Of a stretch of 64,000 nucleotides of DNA, positions 50,007 to 61,018 are shown piece after piece. The stretch's first letter is position 1. Every line of letters begins with the position of its first letter. Below the pieces are notes generated by a model, which was not told the origin of the DNA, ran no database searches, and saw nothing but the letters and a program-made list of their open reading frames with translations. The translations under genes and the position numbers were made by a program. Origin of the DNA: an uncultured Nitrospiraceae bacterium (lineage in GTDB: Bacteria; Nitrospirota; Thermodesulfovibrionia; Thermodesulfovibrionales; SM23-35); contig CAVSHB010000002.1 in NCBI GenBank assembly GCA_963727775.1, positions 96,001 to 160,000 of the forward strand, given 5' to 3'.

Positions 50007-52091
50007 ATGGGAAATTTGAGTAATACGATACTTTTTGCCTTAGGTTGCGGAGCGTTAGGCGTTCTATACGCTGTCATAACCGCAATGTGGGTATCAAAGC
50101 AGGACGCGGGAACTGCTAAGATGCAGGAGATTTCGAATGCGGTCAAAGAGGGTGCATATGCGTTTCTTGCCCGTGAATACAAAACTGTTGCAATCGTAGC
50201 TGTTGTCCTGGTTATTTTGATTGCTGCTATGGGATTAGGCATATGGACGTCTATCGGTTTCATCATCGGAACCTGTGGTTCTGCACTCGCAGGTTTTGTG
50301 GGCATGTGGGTTACAGTCAGGGCAAATGTCCGTACAACGCAGGCAGCACACCATGGCCTTCAGGCTGCGCTCAGCCTTGCATTCAAGGGCGGCTCTGTGA
50401 CCGGCGTTATGGTCGTTGGTCTCGGAATTATAGGACTTGCGGGTTTTTATTTTATAGCAAAGTCGGCAGCCCCTGAGATGGCATTCCATGCACTGGTAGG
50501 ACTCGGATTCGGATGTTCACTCATGAGCGTGTTTGCTCGTATCGCAGGCGGTATTTACACAAAGGCTGCTGACGTAGGCGCTGACCTTGTTGGAAAAGTT
50601 GAAGCAGGTATTCCTGAAGATGATCCCAGAAATCCTGCAGTTATTGCTGATAACGTTGGTGATAACGTAGGCGACTGCGCAGGCATGGCAGCCGACCTTT
50701 ATGAGACATATACGGTTACGCTCGTTGCAGCAATGCTCCTTGCAAAGACGGTCTTTGGCGCTGACAGCGCATGGGTGGAATTCCCGATGCTCCTCGGCGG
50801 AATATCAATCATCGCTTCCATCATAGGAACATTTGCAGTCAAGCTCGGTAAAAGCCAGTATATCATGGGCGCCCTTTATAAGGGGCTTGCTGTTGCAGGT
50901 GTTCTTGCGGCAATAACATTTTATATTGTGACCGGCGAGTTTCTGAAAGGCGCATCAGCACAGGCTTCGCTGATCGCTCACCCCTCATTTACGCAGATGA
51001 GCGTTTTCCTCATGGCGGTTATCGGCCTTGCATTGACCGGACTGATCGTGGTTATTACTGAGTACTTCACTGCTTCGCAGTATCCCCCGGTGAAACACAT
51101 TGCAAAGGCCAGCCTTACCGGCCACGGCACAAACGTGATCGCAGGCCTCGCCGTCAGCATGAAGTCAACCGCCGCGCCTGTTATTGTTATCGTAGCCTCA
51201 ATACTTGGCGCCTATACATTAGGCGGCGGATTTGCCGGTGATGCAGCGGGTGGTCTTTTTGCTATTGCCCTGTCAGCGGTTTCGATGCTTTCGATGACTG
51301 GTATCGTTGTTGCTATTGACTCGTATGGGCCTATTACGGACAATGCAGGCGGTATTGCAGAGATGTCAGGACTGCCTGAAGAGATCCGTAACATTACAGA
51401 CCCATTGGATGCAGTCGGAAACACAACAAAGGCTGTTACAAAGGGTTATGCTATAGGCTCTGCAGGTCTTGCCGCTTTAGTCCTTTTTGCAGAATATTCG
51501 AGGTCTTTCAATGTGCCGATTCTTTTTGACCTTTCAAACCCGATGGTTCTGGCCGGCCTTTTCATCGGCGGTCTGCTCCCTTATTATTACGGATCACTCC
51601 TTATGGAGGCTGTTGGAAAGGCGGCAGGCAGTATTGTTGAGGAAGTCAGAAGACAGTTCAGGGAGATCCCCGGCATTATGGAATACAAGGCAAAGCCGGA
51701 ATACGGCAAGTGCGTTGATATTGTCACAAAAGGCGCCATAAAACAGATGATGGTACCTGCGCTTATCCCTGTTGTTGTCCCAATTGTTGTAGGTTTGGCA
51801 CTTGGCAGGGAAGCACTCGGTGGAGTCCTCATCGGGAGTATCCTTACCGGACTCTTCCAGGCGATCGCCATGACAAGCGGCGGCGGTGCATGGGACAATG
51901 CCAAGAAATCCTTTGAAGAGGGTGTTACCGACGACAAAGGTGTCGTTCACAAGAAGGGGAGCGATGGACATAAAGCTTCCGTAACAGGCGATACAGTCGG
52001 CGACCCGTATAAAGACACAGCAGGCCCGGCAATTAATCCGATGATTAAGGTCATCAATATCGTTGCACTGCTGATCGTCCCGCTTATATAA
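50007..52091 (+). CDS. hppA: Membrane-bound proton-translocating pyrophosphatase, K+-independent type
   Basis: [26 protein letters not shown] (Lys at the K+-dependence position), [11 protein letters not shown]. Confidence 0.93.
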   Translation: MGNLSNTILFALGCGALGVLYAVITAMWVSKQDAGTAKMQEISNAVKEGAYAFLAREYKTVAIVAVVLVILIAAMGLGIWTSIGFIIGTCGSALAGFVGMWVTVRANVRTTQAAHHGLQAALSLAFKGGSVTGVMVVGLGIIGLAGFYFIAKSAAPEMAFHALVGLGFGCSLMSVFARIAGGIYTKAADVGADLVGKVEAGIPEDDPRNPAVIADNVGDNVGDCAGMAADLYETYTVTLVAAMLLAKTVFGADSAWVEFPMLLGGISIIASIIGTFAVKLGKSQYIMGALYKGLAVAGVLAAITFYIVTGEFLKGASAQASLIAHPSFTQMSVFLMAVIGLALTGLIVVITEYFTASQYPPVKHIAKASLTGHGTNVIAGLAVSMKSTAAPVIVIVASILGAYTLGGGFAGDAAGGLFAIALSAVSMLSMTGIVVAIDSYGPITDNAGGIAEMSGLPEEIRNITDPLDAVGNTTKAVTKGYAIGSAGLAALVLFAEYSRSFNVPILFDLSNPMVLAGLFIGGLLPYYYGSLLMEAVGKAAGSIVEEVRRQFREIPGIMEYKAKPEYGKCVDIVTKGAIKQMMVPALIPVVVPIVVGLALGREALGGVLIGSILTGLFQAIAMTSGGGAWDNAKKSFEEGVTDDKGVVHKKGSDGHKASVTGDTVGDPYKDTAGPAINPMIKVINIVALLIVPLI

Positions 52092-52104
52092 TTTTTAAAA
52101 AGTT

Positions 52105-52138
52105 AAAAGGCCGGCAGAGATTTCTGCCGGCCTTTTTT
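52105..52138 (+). terminator. Rho-independent terminator after hppA
   Basis: aaaaggccggcaga-gatt-tctgccggcctttttt. Confidence 0.88.
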
Positions 52139-52204
52139 ATTATAATGAGAGATAATAATTAGGCAGACAAGAATTTAAAATCAGACGGAAAGGACCGAAT
52201 AAAG

Positions 52205-52990
52205 ATGCCATTACCAAGCATGAAAGATGTAGAACCAACCAAGTATAAACTGGATTCGAAATTTAAATTCAGGTGCCATAAGGGAGTGAAATGTTTTACG
52301 AAATGCTGTAAAGATATTAATATCATGCTTACTCCATATGATATCATCAGGATTAAAAAAAGACTCGGGATTTCATCTGAAGAATTCCTCGATAAATATA
52401 CTTACATGGAATTTGATGAGAAGTCTTCACATCCTCACGTAAGGCTGAAGATGCTGAATGATAATGAAAAAAAATGTCCGTTCGTCACCCCCCAAGGCTG
52501 TACGGTTTATACGGACCGGCCGGCAAACTGCCGCTATTATCCTGTCGGGCAGGGTGTCGTGAGAAAAGATTCGAATGAAGGGCCGATTAATGAAGAGTTC
52601 TATTTTTTTATCAGAGAACCTCATTGCCTCGGTTATCAGGAAGACACGGAATGGACAATACAATCTTGGAAAGATGACCAAGAGGTTAACCTCTATGATG
52701 ATATGAACAGAGAGTGGAAAGAGATCCAGTTGAGGCGGCATCCTTTCGGCAAGAACCTTGATTCCAATAAACAGGCTCAGATTTACACAGCCAGTTACGA
52801 CATGGACCGATTCAGGAAATTTGTATTCGAGAGCAAGTTCCTTGATATTTTCGATATTGATGGAGAAGAAGTCGAAAAGATGAAGGCTGATGAGATTGCA
52901 TTAATGAAATTCGGGTTCAGGTATATAAAATATCTCTTGATGCTCGATGAGACTTTGAAGGTGAAGAAAGAATATATAAAAAAGAAATAA
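52205..52990 (+). CDS. YkgJ-family cysteine-cluster protein
   Basis: FRCHKGVKCFTKCC, CPF...GCTVYTDRPANCRYYP. Confidence 0.85.
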   Translation: MPLPSMKDVEPTKYKLDSKFKFRCHKGVKCFTKCCKDINIMLTPYDIIRIKKRLGISSEEFLDKYTYMEFDEKSSHPHVRLKMLNDNEKKCPFVTPQGCTVYTDRPANCRYYPVGQGVVRKDSNEGPINEEFYFFIREPHCLGYQEDTEWTIQSWKDDQEVNLYDDMNREWKEIQLRRHPFGKNLDSNKQAQIYTASYDMDRFRKFVFESKFLDIFDIDGEEVEKMKADEIALMKFGFRYIKYLLMLDETLKVKKEYIKKK

Positions 52991-53000
52991 CGGAGGTCCT

Positions 53001-54293
53001 ATGTCAGATATAAAAAAAATATACCGTACCATTATGGCGGATCATTTCCCTGCTGAGATGGTCATTAAATTCGGGGACAAGACGTTAGTGTATAAGAAGA
53101 GGGCCTGGAAGATACTCGATGAAAAAACAGGTGAAATAATCGAAAAAGGGCTTCGCTATGGAGAAAATCCCGAGCAAGAAGCGGCCCTTTACGAACTGGT
53201 GAACGGGAATCTGGCGCTTGGGGCCTGCGAGTTTATACAGCCCGGGAACGGCCTTGTGAGCAGCATTAACGAAGAAGATATGATACAGGCCGGTAAACAT
53301 CCCGGGAAGACAAATCTTACCGACCTTGATAACGGACTGAATATCATTAAATTTCTGATGGACCGTCCTGCCGCGGCGATTTTAAAGCATAACAATCCTT
53401 GCGGCGCTGCATATGGAAAGACGCTATCCGATGCTTACGATAAGGCCAATATGGCAGACCGGATAGCGGCATTCGGCGGATGCCTTATTGTAAACAGGCC
53501 GATGGATATAGAAACTGCAGAGATGGTCAGTAAGAACTACCTTGAGGTCGTCGCCGCACCTGAATTTGAAGATGGAACTATAAGCATACTGGCAAAAAGA
53601 AAAAATCTGAGGATAATCAGGGTAAGCAAAATTAACGAATTGGAAAAATACAGGGACATGCGATTTGTAGATTTTAAGTCGTTAATTGACGGCGGCATTA
53701 TTGTGCAACAGTCTCCTGTCAACAAAATAAGATCAAAGAACGATTTCTTACCGGCTAAGACGACATACAAGGGAAAGGAATATAGTATCGACAGAAAGCC
53801 TGCTGAGAGCGAATATGAGGATATGCTATTTGGCTGGAATGTAGAGCAGGGCGTTACATCAAACTCCGTTATTTATGTAAAGGATGGCGTGACAGTAGGA
53901 ATAGGGACTGGTGAGCAGGACAGGGTAGGCGTTGCGGAAATTGCAATTTTCAAAGCGTATACCAAATATGCAGATGCATTGTGCCATACAAGGTACAGCA
54001 TTCCTTACAAGACATTTGAACTCGACGTAAAAAGCGGTAACCGCAATAAGGATGCGCTCCTTGAGATAGATGAAGAGACGAAGATGCAGAAGGGAGGGCT
54101 TATCGGATCTGCGATGGTTTCTGACGCGTTCTTTCCATTCAGGGACGGAGTCGATGCCGGGATTAAGGAGGGCATTTCTGCAATAGTTCAACCCGGAGGC
54201 TCTGAGAGGGATTTTGAATCTATAATCGCCTGTAATGAGGCCGATCCAAAAGTAACGATGGTTTTTACAGGCCAAAGGGCATTTAAACACTGA
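53001..54293 (+). CDS. purH: PurH-like protein (AICAR transformylase domain)
   Basis: LRYGENP, KHNNPCG, SNSV, SDAFFPFRDG, QPGGS; the canonical N-terminal MGS-like domain is not recognisable. Confidence 0.8.
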   Translation: MSDIKKIYRTIMADHFPAEMVIKFGDKTLVYKKRAWKILDEKTGEIIEKGLRYGENPEQEAALYELVNGNLALGACEFIQPGNGLVSSINEEDMIQAGKHPGKTNLTDLDNGLNIIKFLMDRPAAAILKHNNPCGAAYGKTLSDAYDKANMADRIAAFGGCLIVNRPMDIETAEMVSKNYLEVVAAPEFEDGTISILAKRKNLRIIRVSKINELEKYRDMRFVDFKSLIDGGIIVQQSPVNKIRSKNDFLPAKTTYKGKEYSIDRKPAESEYEDMLFGWNVEQGVTSNSVIYVKDGVTVGIGTGEQDRVGVAEIAIFKAYTKYADALCHTRYSIPYKTFELDVKSGNRNKDALLEIDEETKMQKGGLIGSAMVSDAFFPFRDGVDAGIKEGISAIVQPGGSERDFESIIACNEADPKVTMVFTGQRAFKH

Positions 54294-54377
54294 GGTCCTC
54301 TGCAGGCCGATGAATTGCTTTTTGCTTGAATCTTGTTTGATCTATCCTGCATTATAAAAAGAAAAAAGGAGTTTTGC

Positions 54378-55316
54378 ATGCATAGAAATTTTGTGTTTCT
54401 GATTTTAATAATGATTGCTCTATTTTCTGTTTCATCTTTATCATATGCCGGCGATAATGCTGATAATGTGGTCGCGAAAGTAAACGGTACAATTTTTTTA
54501 CAGAAAGACCTTGAACTCGAGGTAGACAGGTTAATACCAAAGATGACATTCCACCGCAATGTGCCTTTGGAAAAGCGTAAACTTTATTATGATCAGGCCA
54601 TGGAGGCGTTAATCGACAGAGAGCTTCAATACCAGGACGCCGTTGCAAAAGGCATGAAGCCGGACAAAGAGAAGGTAGACGCCGAGATGGAAAAGATTAG
54701 GAAGCGGTTCAAATCACCGGATGAATATAAGGCTGCTCTTGAAAAAGACGGCCTATCTGAAGAGAAGCTGCGTGCGCAAATAGAGAAAGAAATGCTGGTG
54801 CAGAATGTAATCGCTAAGACGGTGACCGAGCCGTCAAAGGCGGGGGATGCAGAGTTAAAGGAATTTTATGATAAGAACACATCGAAATTTAAACACCCTG
54901 AGAGTGTAAAATTGAGACTCATCTCAACAAAAGACGAAAAAAAAGCCAAGGATATTCTTGATAAATTGAAGGCCGGCGAGGACTTTGGAGATTTGGCATA
55001 TAAGATGTCTGAAGATAGTTATCGTGTTAAAGGCGGCGATATAGGATATATGCATAAAGGAAGAATGCTCCCCGAGATTGAAGACGCAGCTTTTAAAATG
55101 AAAGTTGGTGAACTGAGCGATCTTATTAAGGCGGAAGACACCTGGTTTATTATTAAAGTAGAAGATAAAAAGCCTGAACAACAAATGTCTTTTGAAGAGA
55201 GTAAGGGGAAGCTTAAAAAAGAGCTTGAAGATAAGCGGGCAAACGAACTCAGAGAGAAATGGATCGCCGGGTTAAAGGCAAAGGCCAAGATCGAAGTTCT
55301 CTTGAAAAAAGAGTAA
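54378..55316 (+). CDS. Exported PpiC-type peptidyl-prolyl isomerase (SurA/PrsA-like)
   Basis: Signal peptide, VAKVNG, GEDFGDLA..SED, GGDIG. Confidence 0.88.
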   Translation: MHRNFVFLILIMIALFSVSSLSYAGDNADNVVAKVNGTIFLQKDLELEVDRLIPKMTFHRNVPLEKRKLYYDQAMEALIDRELQYQDAVAKGMKPDKEKVDAEMEKIRKRFKSPDEYKAALEKDGLSEEKLRAQIEKEMLVQNVIAKTVTEPSKAGDAELKEFYDKNTSKFKHPESVKLRLISTKDEKKAKDILDKLKAGEDFGDLAYKMSEDSYRVKGGDIGYMHKGRMLPEIEDAAFKMKVGELSDLIKAEDTWFIIKVEDKKPEQQMSFEESKGKLKKELEDKRANELREKWIAGLKAKAKIEVLLKKE

Positions 55317-55342
55317 AGAAGCCGGGAATACAGGATTTGCTT

Positions 55343-55708
55343 TTATGATATGAAACTGTTGACGAGTTTCATTAATTCCTGTGTCTGGATGGGCTTTGTA
55401 AGATAAGCATTCGCTCCTATCGCCAAAGCTTTATTTTTATCTTCCTCAGCGCCCTCCGTCGTTATCATTATGACGGGGATATTTTTATAAGAAGGGTTAC
55501 CCCTTACAAGACTTACCAACTTAAGTCCGTCCATGATGGGCATGTTTATGTCTGCAAGGATGATGTCTATCTGTTCGGATGATAATTTTTTTAATGCGTC
55601 CACGCCGTCGGTAGCTTCGATAACCTTTGCACCCGGCACTCTTTTTATGGCAAACCCTATAAGCTGCCTCATTGTAGGGGAATCTTCAACAACAAGGATA
55701 TTAGGCAT
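55343..55708 (-). CDS. cheY: CheY-like response regulator
   Basis: LVVEDS, DINMP, ITT, KP; che cluster context. Confidence 0.88.
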   Translation of the reverse strand: MPNILVVEDSPTMRQLIGFAIKRVPGAKVIEATDGVDALKKLSSEQIDIILADINMPIMDGLKLVSLVRGNPSYKNIPVIMITTEGAEEDKNKALAIGANAYLTKPIQTQELMKLVNSFIS

Positions 55709-55725
55709 TCATCCCTCCTTTAATC

Positions 55726-56553
55726 TCATCTTCTCGGCTTTTCCTTCAGGAGATCAAGGAAGCTCTGTATGGTCGTTAGCTTCCTCTCCGATTGTGTATA
55801 CAGCCTTGATGAAAATATCGCTGTGGCAGCATGACCTGCTAATAGATTGAAGAGTTCATAATCAATATTTGAAAATGTGGTCTTTTGCACAAAAATTGAG
55901 TAAATTGAGATTACGCCGATTACATGCTCTTTGATCTTGAGCGGGATGCATACAATAGGGTTCGCAGGCTCGACTTTTGATGTCGGTGTGCTTGACAGGT
56001 CTTTGAGAAAGTAACTCTCTCCTTCCCTCGCGACTTTCCCTATCGTTCCTTCTCCCATCTTTGCCTTCGGCATTTCATCGAGGGGCAATCCTTCTGATGC
56101 AACAGGAACAAGTTCATTCGTCTTTTCATCCATGAGAAATATTGTAAACTTCTCAGCTCCGATCAGGTTGATTATTATTTCCATAACTATCCGCAAGACT
56201 TCATTGAAATCCAGTGTGGAATGGAGCTGGTAACTCGCCACATACAGGTTCGCAAGCATGTTGTTTTCAGTCTCTACATCAACATATTTCGATGCGAAAT
56301 CCTTATTTTCTTCCTCTGTCTTCCTATATCTGTCCAGGATGGACCCGAGCTCGTCCTCCAGGATTTTTATCTTGTCTTCATAGAGCCTCGTTTTTTCCTC
56401 GTTCCCTGCCTGCTCTACAGACTCTTCGAGTTGGGCAATCCTGAACCTGAGTCTTTCATTCTCCTTAATAAGGTCTTTTGTGAATTCCTCTCCCCTTTTG
56501 AAGATTTGAAGAAACTCATCGGCCTTCTTTGAAATACTGGGTTCTTTTTCCAT
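55726..56553 (-). CDS. Coiled-coil plus GAF-domain protein
   Basis: Coiled coil then LYVASYQLHSTLD, GEGTIGKVA, VCIPLK. Confidence 0.8.
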   Translation of the reverse strand: MEKEPSISKKADEFLQIFKRGEEFTKDLIKENERLRFRIAQLEESVEQAGNEEKTRLYEDKIKILEDELGSILDRYRKTEEENKDFASKYVDVETENNMLANLYVASYQLHSTLDFNEVLRIVMEIIINLIGAEKFTIFLMDEKTNELVPVASEGLPLDEMPKAKMGEGTIGKVAREGESYFLKDLSSTPTSKVEPANPIVCIPLKIKEHVIGVISIYSIFVQKTTFSNIDYELFNLLAGHAATAIFSSRLYTQSERKLTTIQSFLDLLKEKPRR

Positions 56554-56565
56554 TAAGCCTCTGCT

Positions 56566-57633
56566 CTATGAATCTGCGTCTATACCTGTTTCTTTAATTA
56601 ATTTTATTATCTCAATGGGAATCTCGGATATCGGCAAGACCCTCTCTGCCGCGCCTGCCTTAATTGCCTCTGAAGGCATACCAAAGACAACGGCAGTGTC
56701 TTCTGATTCTGCTATAGTATAGCCGCCTTGCTTTTTAATTTCCAGCATTCCCGCTTTCCCATCATTCCCCATACCTGTTAGGATAACGCCCATTGACTTA
56801 TGCCCGAATATTTCCGCAATCGATGACATCATTATATCGATAGAAGGAATATATTTGTCGGTGCTTTTCGGTTCTTTAAGTGAGACATAGACCCTCCGTC
56901 CCTGTTTGTTGAAATACATGTGGTAGCCTCCGGGACAGATCAGTACTTTTCCGCTTTCAAGTTCGTCGCCATCCCGGGCTTCTTTTATGCGCACTTTTGA
57001 CATCCCGTTCAGCCTCTCTGCAAATGAGGCGGTAAACCCCTTTGGCATATGCTGGCTTATCGCGATACCGACCGGAAAATCGGCAGGAAGCTTTGTCAGT
57101 ATTATTTTAAGTGCGGCCGGTCCTCCTGTTGATGAACCTATGGCGACAGCCTCAATATCATATTTCGAAGTATCCGGGTGTTTACGCCGGCTGTCCTCTC
57201 GTTCGAGAAGTTCAAGATTTCTGCTCAGCTTATCCAGGCGGAAGTCCTTTATCCCCTTCACCTTTCTCAATAAGTCCTTCTCGAGTTTCTGAAATTCGGT
57301 GGACGGAATCCTTGGCGGCTTCGCTATAAAATCGGCTGCGCCGAGTTCGAGCGCCTTGAATACTGTCTTTGAGTCGGAATACGAACTGACAATGATCACG
57401 GGAGTCGGCCTGCTCTTCATCAGCCACCTGAGAAAACTGAAGCCGTCCATTTCAGGCATCTCAAGGTCCAAGGTGATTAGGTCGGGCTGAAGCCTGTGAG
57501 TTTTTGCCATTGCGTCTATGCCGTCAGACGCTATCCCTACTACTTCAATATTAGATTCCGACTCAAGCATTTTTTTTATCGTCTGCCTGCTGTATGCAGA
57601 ATCATCAATAATAAGGACCTTAATCTTAGACAT
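56566..57633 (-). CDS. cheB: Chemotaxis methylesterase response regulator
   Basis: Receiver domain plus GSSTGGP, QHMP, LTGMGNDG. Confidence 0.95.
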   Translation of the reverse strand: MSKIKVLIIDDSAYSRQTIKKMLESESNIEVVGIASDGIDAMAKTHRLQPDLITLDLEMPEMDGFSFLRWLMKSRPTPVIIVSSYSDSKTVFKALELGAADFIAKPPRIPSTEFQKLEKDLLRKVKGIKDFRLDKLSRNLELLEREDSRRKHPDTSKYDIEAVAIGSSTGGPAALKIILTKLPADFPVGIAISQHMPKGFTASFAERLNGMSKVRIKEARDGDELESGKVLICPGGYHMYFNKQGRRVYVSLKEPKSTDKYIPSIDIMMSSIAEIFGHKSMGVILTGMGNDGKAGMLEIKKQGGYTIAESEDTAVVFGMPSEAIKAGAAERVLPISEIPIEIIKLIKETGIDADS

Positions 57634-58498
57634 CTATATGAGCCCTTCTTTTTACAGGTCTCTGATAGACCATGTCATGTTTAAGATGCTTCAATGTAAA
57701 AGCGGTTGACAAGTTTATCAGTGATTCAGCATGACCTAATAACAGATACCCTCCGTCCGTAAGCCTTTCATGAAACATGTCTATTACCTTTTTTCTCGAC
57801 GGCTGATCAAAATAGATTAACACGTTTCTGCAAAATATAACATCCATCGTACCTACTAATTTTACCTTGAATGGGTCGAGAAGATTAAGATGACTGAAAT
57901 TTACATGGTTCTTGACAATGTCCGATATCCTGAACAAACCGTCTTCCTGTTTCTTGAAGTATTTGTTAAGGAAAAAATTCTCTGTAGTCCTGAAAGAATT
58001 TTTTCTGTAAATACCGCTCCTTGCCGCCTGGAGGACCCTCTGGTTTATATCGCTTCCGAATATCTCTATATTCCAGTTATGAAAATATCCCTTTTCGAGC
58101 ACGAGCATGGCAATCGTATACGGCTCTTCACCGGTGGAACAACCTGCAGACCATATCCTCAGCCTCTTTTTCTCTTTATTTGTTTCCTTTAGTTCAGGGA
58201 GTATCTCTTCACTGAATGCATTAAGCTGGTTTTGTTCCCTGAAGAAATATGTCTCATTGACAGTGATAATGTCGATTATCGCTGCGAGCTCTTCGTCACG
58301 GTTTTTGTGATACAGCAGATACCTGTAATATTCTCTGAAGTTGCCGAAGTGGTGAGTCAGCAACCTCCGTGAAAGCCTTTTTTCAAGAAGGTACCGTGAG
58401 TCGTCGGCAAAATATATTCCACAGTAGTCCTTTACAAGATCCCTGATGAGCCTGAAAACATCTTCTTCAAGTGGTATTATCTCTTCTTTTTCAAACAT
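57626..58498 (-). CDS. cheR: Chemotaxis methyltransferase
   Basis: NETYFFRE, WSAGCSTGEEPY, FCRNVLIYF, LGHAE. Confidence 0.95.
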   Translation of the reverse strand: MFEKEEIIPLEEDVFRLIRDLVKDYCGIYFADDSRYLLEKRLSRRLLTHHFGNFREYYRYLLYHKNRDEELAAIIDIITVNETYFFREQNQLNAFSEEILPELKETNKEKKRLRIWSAGCSTGEEPYTIAMLVLEKGYFHNWNIEIFGSDINQRVLQAARSGIYRKNSFRTTENFFLNKYFKKQEDGLFRISDIVKNHVNFSHLNLLDPFKVKLVGTMDVIFCRNVLIYFDQPSRKKVIDMFHERLTDGGYLLLGHAESLINLSTAFTLKHLKHDMVYQRPVKRRAHIDV

Positions 58499-58537
58499 TG
58501 GAATTCAGATTTTCCTATTAAATCAACTGATAGTCAA

Positions 58538-60520
58538 TCACGGATTGCTTTTTTTAAGGCGCTCTTCAACTGTTCTTTTCACTATGGGATCTTCTTCGGT
58601 GTCGAGAAGCCTTTCAAGTTCATTCCGTATGGCCCCTGTGGCTTTATTACCTATCGCCTCAACAGCGGCCATTCTTGTCGCCCAGTCGCCGTCTTTTAAA
58701 AAAGGGAGTAAGCTGTTCTCGACGCCGTCAAAGGATGAAAGGGACTTTATCAAGGTCCTCCTGATTTCTTTATCCTCAGAAAAAAGCATGCCCAGTAATG
58801 CCGACCTTGCTTCATTTCCACCTATTTTGCTGAGAGACTCTATTGTTGTCGTTATAACGAATCCATTTTTATCGGAAAGAAGCCCGATCAATGGACCAAC
58901 AGCTTTGTGGTCCCGGAGCATACCGAAGGCCTTGGATACCGCAACCCTTACAGAGACATCTGAATCCGACAAGAGGAGGGAAAGGGCTTCGAATGCACCC
59001 TTGCCCCCAATGAGGCCGAGGCTGAGAGCTGAAGATACCCTTATGGAAGGTTCTTCATCCGTAAGCGCAAGGCTAAGAAACTTGATGGAGTCTTCTGTTC
59101 TTAAGAGTGAAAAAGCCTCGACACATGCCTTCCTTACGTTTACATCTCCGTCTTTCATTGCGAAACCCAGAGAAGGCACTGTCTTTGTCGCACCTATTTT
59201 CCCGAGTAAGCAGGCTGCATTTTTCCTGAGCGCCGGGTCTGCATCCTTGAGCATTGCTGTAAGTTCATCAACTGAAAGGTGTGGCCCCATACCTGAAAGC
59301 GCTTCAACTGCAGCTTCCTGCACGTCATAATATGGATCAGTCAAGAGTTTCTTTATAGGTTCTATTGCACGAGGGTCACCGATTTTTGAAAGCGCTATCG
59401 CGCCGATAGACCGAATATGCCCATCCTCGTCTCCAAGGGCCTTCTCGAATGTCGCGTAATAGACATGAGAGGCTATCCTGCTTGCCACATCGTAAATAAA
59501 GCGCTTTTGGGAGACATTTTCCGTTTCGAAAAGCTTAAGGAGGGATTCAGGCTTGTCTTTTCCGATGAATACGAAGGCCCTCTTGATATCCTCTGAGAAT
59601 TCCTCTTCCTGTGATATATCAAGGAGGGGAGCGTATGCCCTCTCGTCTTTCAATAAGCCGAGTATTAGTATTGAAGATGTCCTCACATCGGGGTTGCCGG
59701 ACCAGGCATGTGTTATAAGAATATCCAACACCCTCTCGCCGATAAGTCTCTTTATCTCCGCTGTAATGAATTCCTCACTAATGCCTTTACGATAGAATCT
59801 CTCTATGGCCCGAAGGGTTTCTCCCTGTATAGTCTTTGATTGGTCTTCTAAAAAAGGGATGATATATTTAAGAGTATTTGGGTCCGCAATTAAACTCAAC
59901 GCTTTTATAGCAGGCGCCCTGAGAGTTTTCTTGTTCAGTATCTTTACAAGGGCAGGCACGGCCTTTTTATCTCCAATTCTGCCGAGCGCATCAGCAGCGG
60001 GGTAGGCAGTCCATATGTCATCGCTTTCGATTATTTCTATTAAAGAATCTATTACGGAAGATTCGCCTATCTTGCCGATATGCTCTATAGCTGTAACACG
60101 GACATTTTCATCGTCATCCCGCAGTGCGCCGAGCATGAGCGGCAGGGACCTGTTGTCCCTGAATTCTCCCAAAACATCTATAATGAATTTTCTAACATCT
60201 CTGTTTTTTGTGTTGAAGGCCTCGATTAAAAAAGGGGTCGCCTTTTTATTCAGTCTTACCAAAGTCTCTATCGCGGAGTTCCGTGCGCCTGCGTTATCGT
60301 CACAGTAAAGGAGATTGATTAAGCCGTCTATATACTTTTCGACCTGATACTCTTCGATGAGGATGTCCGTCGCGGTGTTTCTGACCCTCCAGCTTGTATC
60401 TTCCATGGCGCTGAGGAGAAGTTTTATGGAGATATCGTCCGCTTTACCCCTCAGGCTTTCAAGGGCTTCCCTTCTGACCTCAACGTCACTATCTTTAAGA
60501 AGTCTTTCCAGTTCCTGCAT
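58538..60520 (-). CDS. HEAT (PBS-lyase-type) repeat protein
   Basis: Repeated D-x-x-VR-x-x-A-x-x-ALG-x-IG units throughout. Confidence 0.88.
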   Translation of the reverse strand: MQELERLLKDSDVEVRREALESLRGKADDISIKLLLSAMEDTSWRVRNTATDILIEEYQVEKYIDGLINLLYCDDNAGARNSAIETLVRLNKKATPFLIEAFNTKNRDVRKFIIDVLGEFRDNRSLPLMLGALRDDDENVRVTAIEHIGKIGESSVIDSLIEIIESDDIWTAYPAADALGRIGDKKAVPALVKILNKKTLRAPAIKALSLIADPNTLKYIIPFLEDQSKTIQGETLRAIERFYRKGISEEFITAEIKRLIGERVLDILITHAWSGNPDVRTSSILILGLLKDERAYAPLLDISQEEEFSEDIKRAFVFIGKDKPESLLKLFETENVSQKRFIYDVASRIASHVYYATFEKALGDEDGHIRSIGAIALSKIGDPRAIEPIKKLLTDPYYDVQEAAVEALSGMGPHLSVDELTAMLKDADPALRKNAACLLGKIGATKTVPSLGFAMKDGDVNVRKACVEAFSLLRTEDSIKFLSLALTDEEPSIRVSSALSLGLIGGKGAFEALSLLLSDSDVSVRVAVSKAFGMLRDHKAVGPLIGLLSDKNGFVITTTIESLSKIGGNEARSALLGMLFSEDKEIRRTLIKSLSSFDGVENSLLPFLKDGDWATRMAAVEAIGNKATGAIRNELERLLDTEEDPIVKRTVEERLKKSNP

Positions 60521-60971
60521 CTTCCTCTAAGAGTTCCTCCGAGTCTTTCAGCATTATCTTCTCTTCTGAACTAAGAAGATAATCCAGATTAATGATGATT
60601 ATGACCCTATCATCTTTTTTACCAATACCTGAAAGGTACTTTTTCTTTAATCCCTTGAATATAGCCGGAGGCGCGGCTATCTCTTCATCGGTGAAGGAGA
60701 GGATCTCTTTTATTTCATCCACAAGGAGACCGATCTTTTCACTGTCATACCGCACTAGGATGATCAGTTCTTTTGTCTCAGAGGACTGAATGCCGAACCG
60801 CTTTCTCAGATCGAGTAATGGAACTACTTCACCCCGAACGGTTATAACGCCGGACAGAAAATCGGGGAGTTCAGGCAGAATATGCACCTTTTGCCTGTTA
60901 AGAATTTCAACAACCTGTTTGATATCGATCCCAAAATCTTCATCACCGATCTTAAAGACGGTAAATTTCAT
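60495..60971 (-). CDS. cheW: CheW adaptor
   Basis: FGIDIKQVVEIL, GVITVRGEVVPLLDLR, GLLVD. Confidence 0.92.
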   Translation of the reverse strand: MKFTVFKIGDEDFGIDIKQVVEILNRQKVHILPELPDFLSGVITVRGEVVPLLDLRKRFGIQSSETKELIILVRYDSEKIGLLVDEIKEILSFTDEEIAAPPAIFKGLKKKYLSGIGKKDDRVIIIINLDYLLSSEEKIMLKDSEELLEEDAGTGKTS

Positions 60972-61018
60972 AACCCGGTTCTGCCTCTTACATAATTGTA
61001 TTTAAGCATCTATCTATT

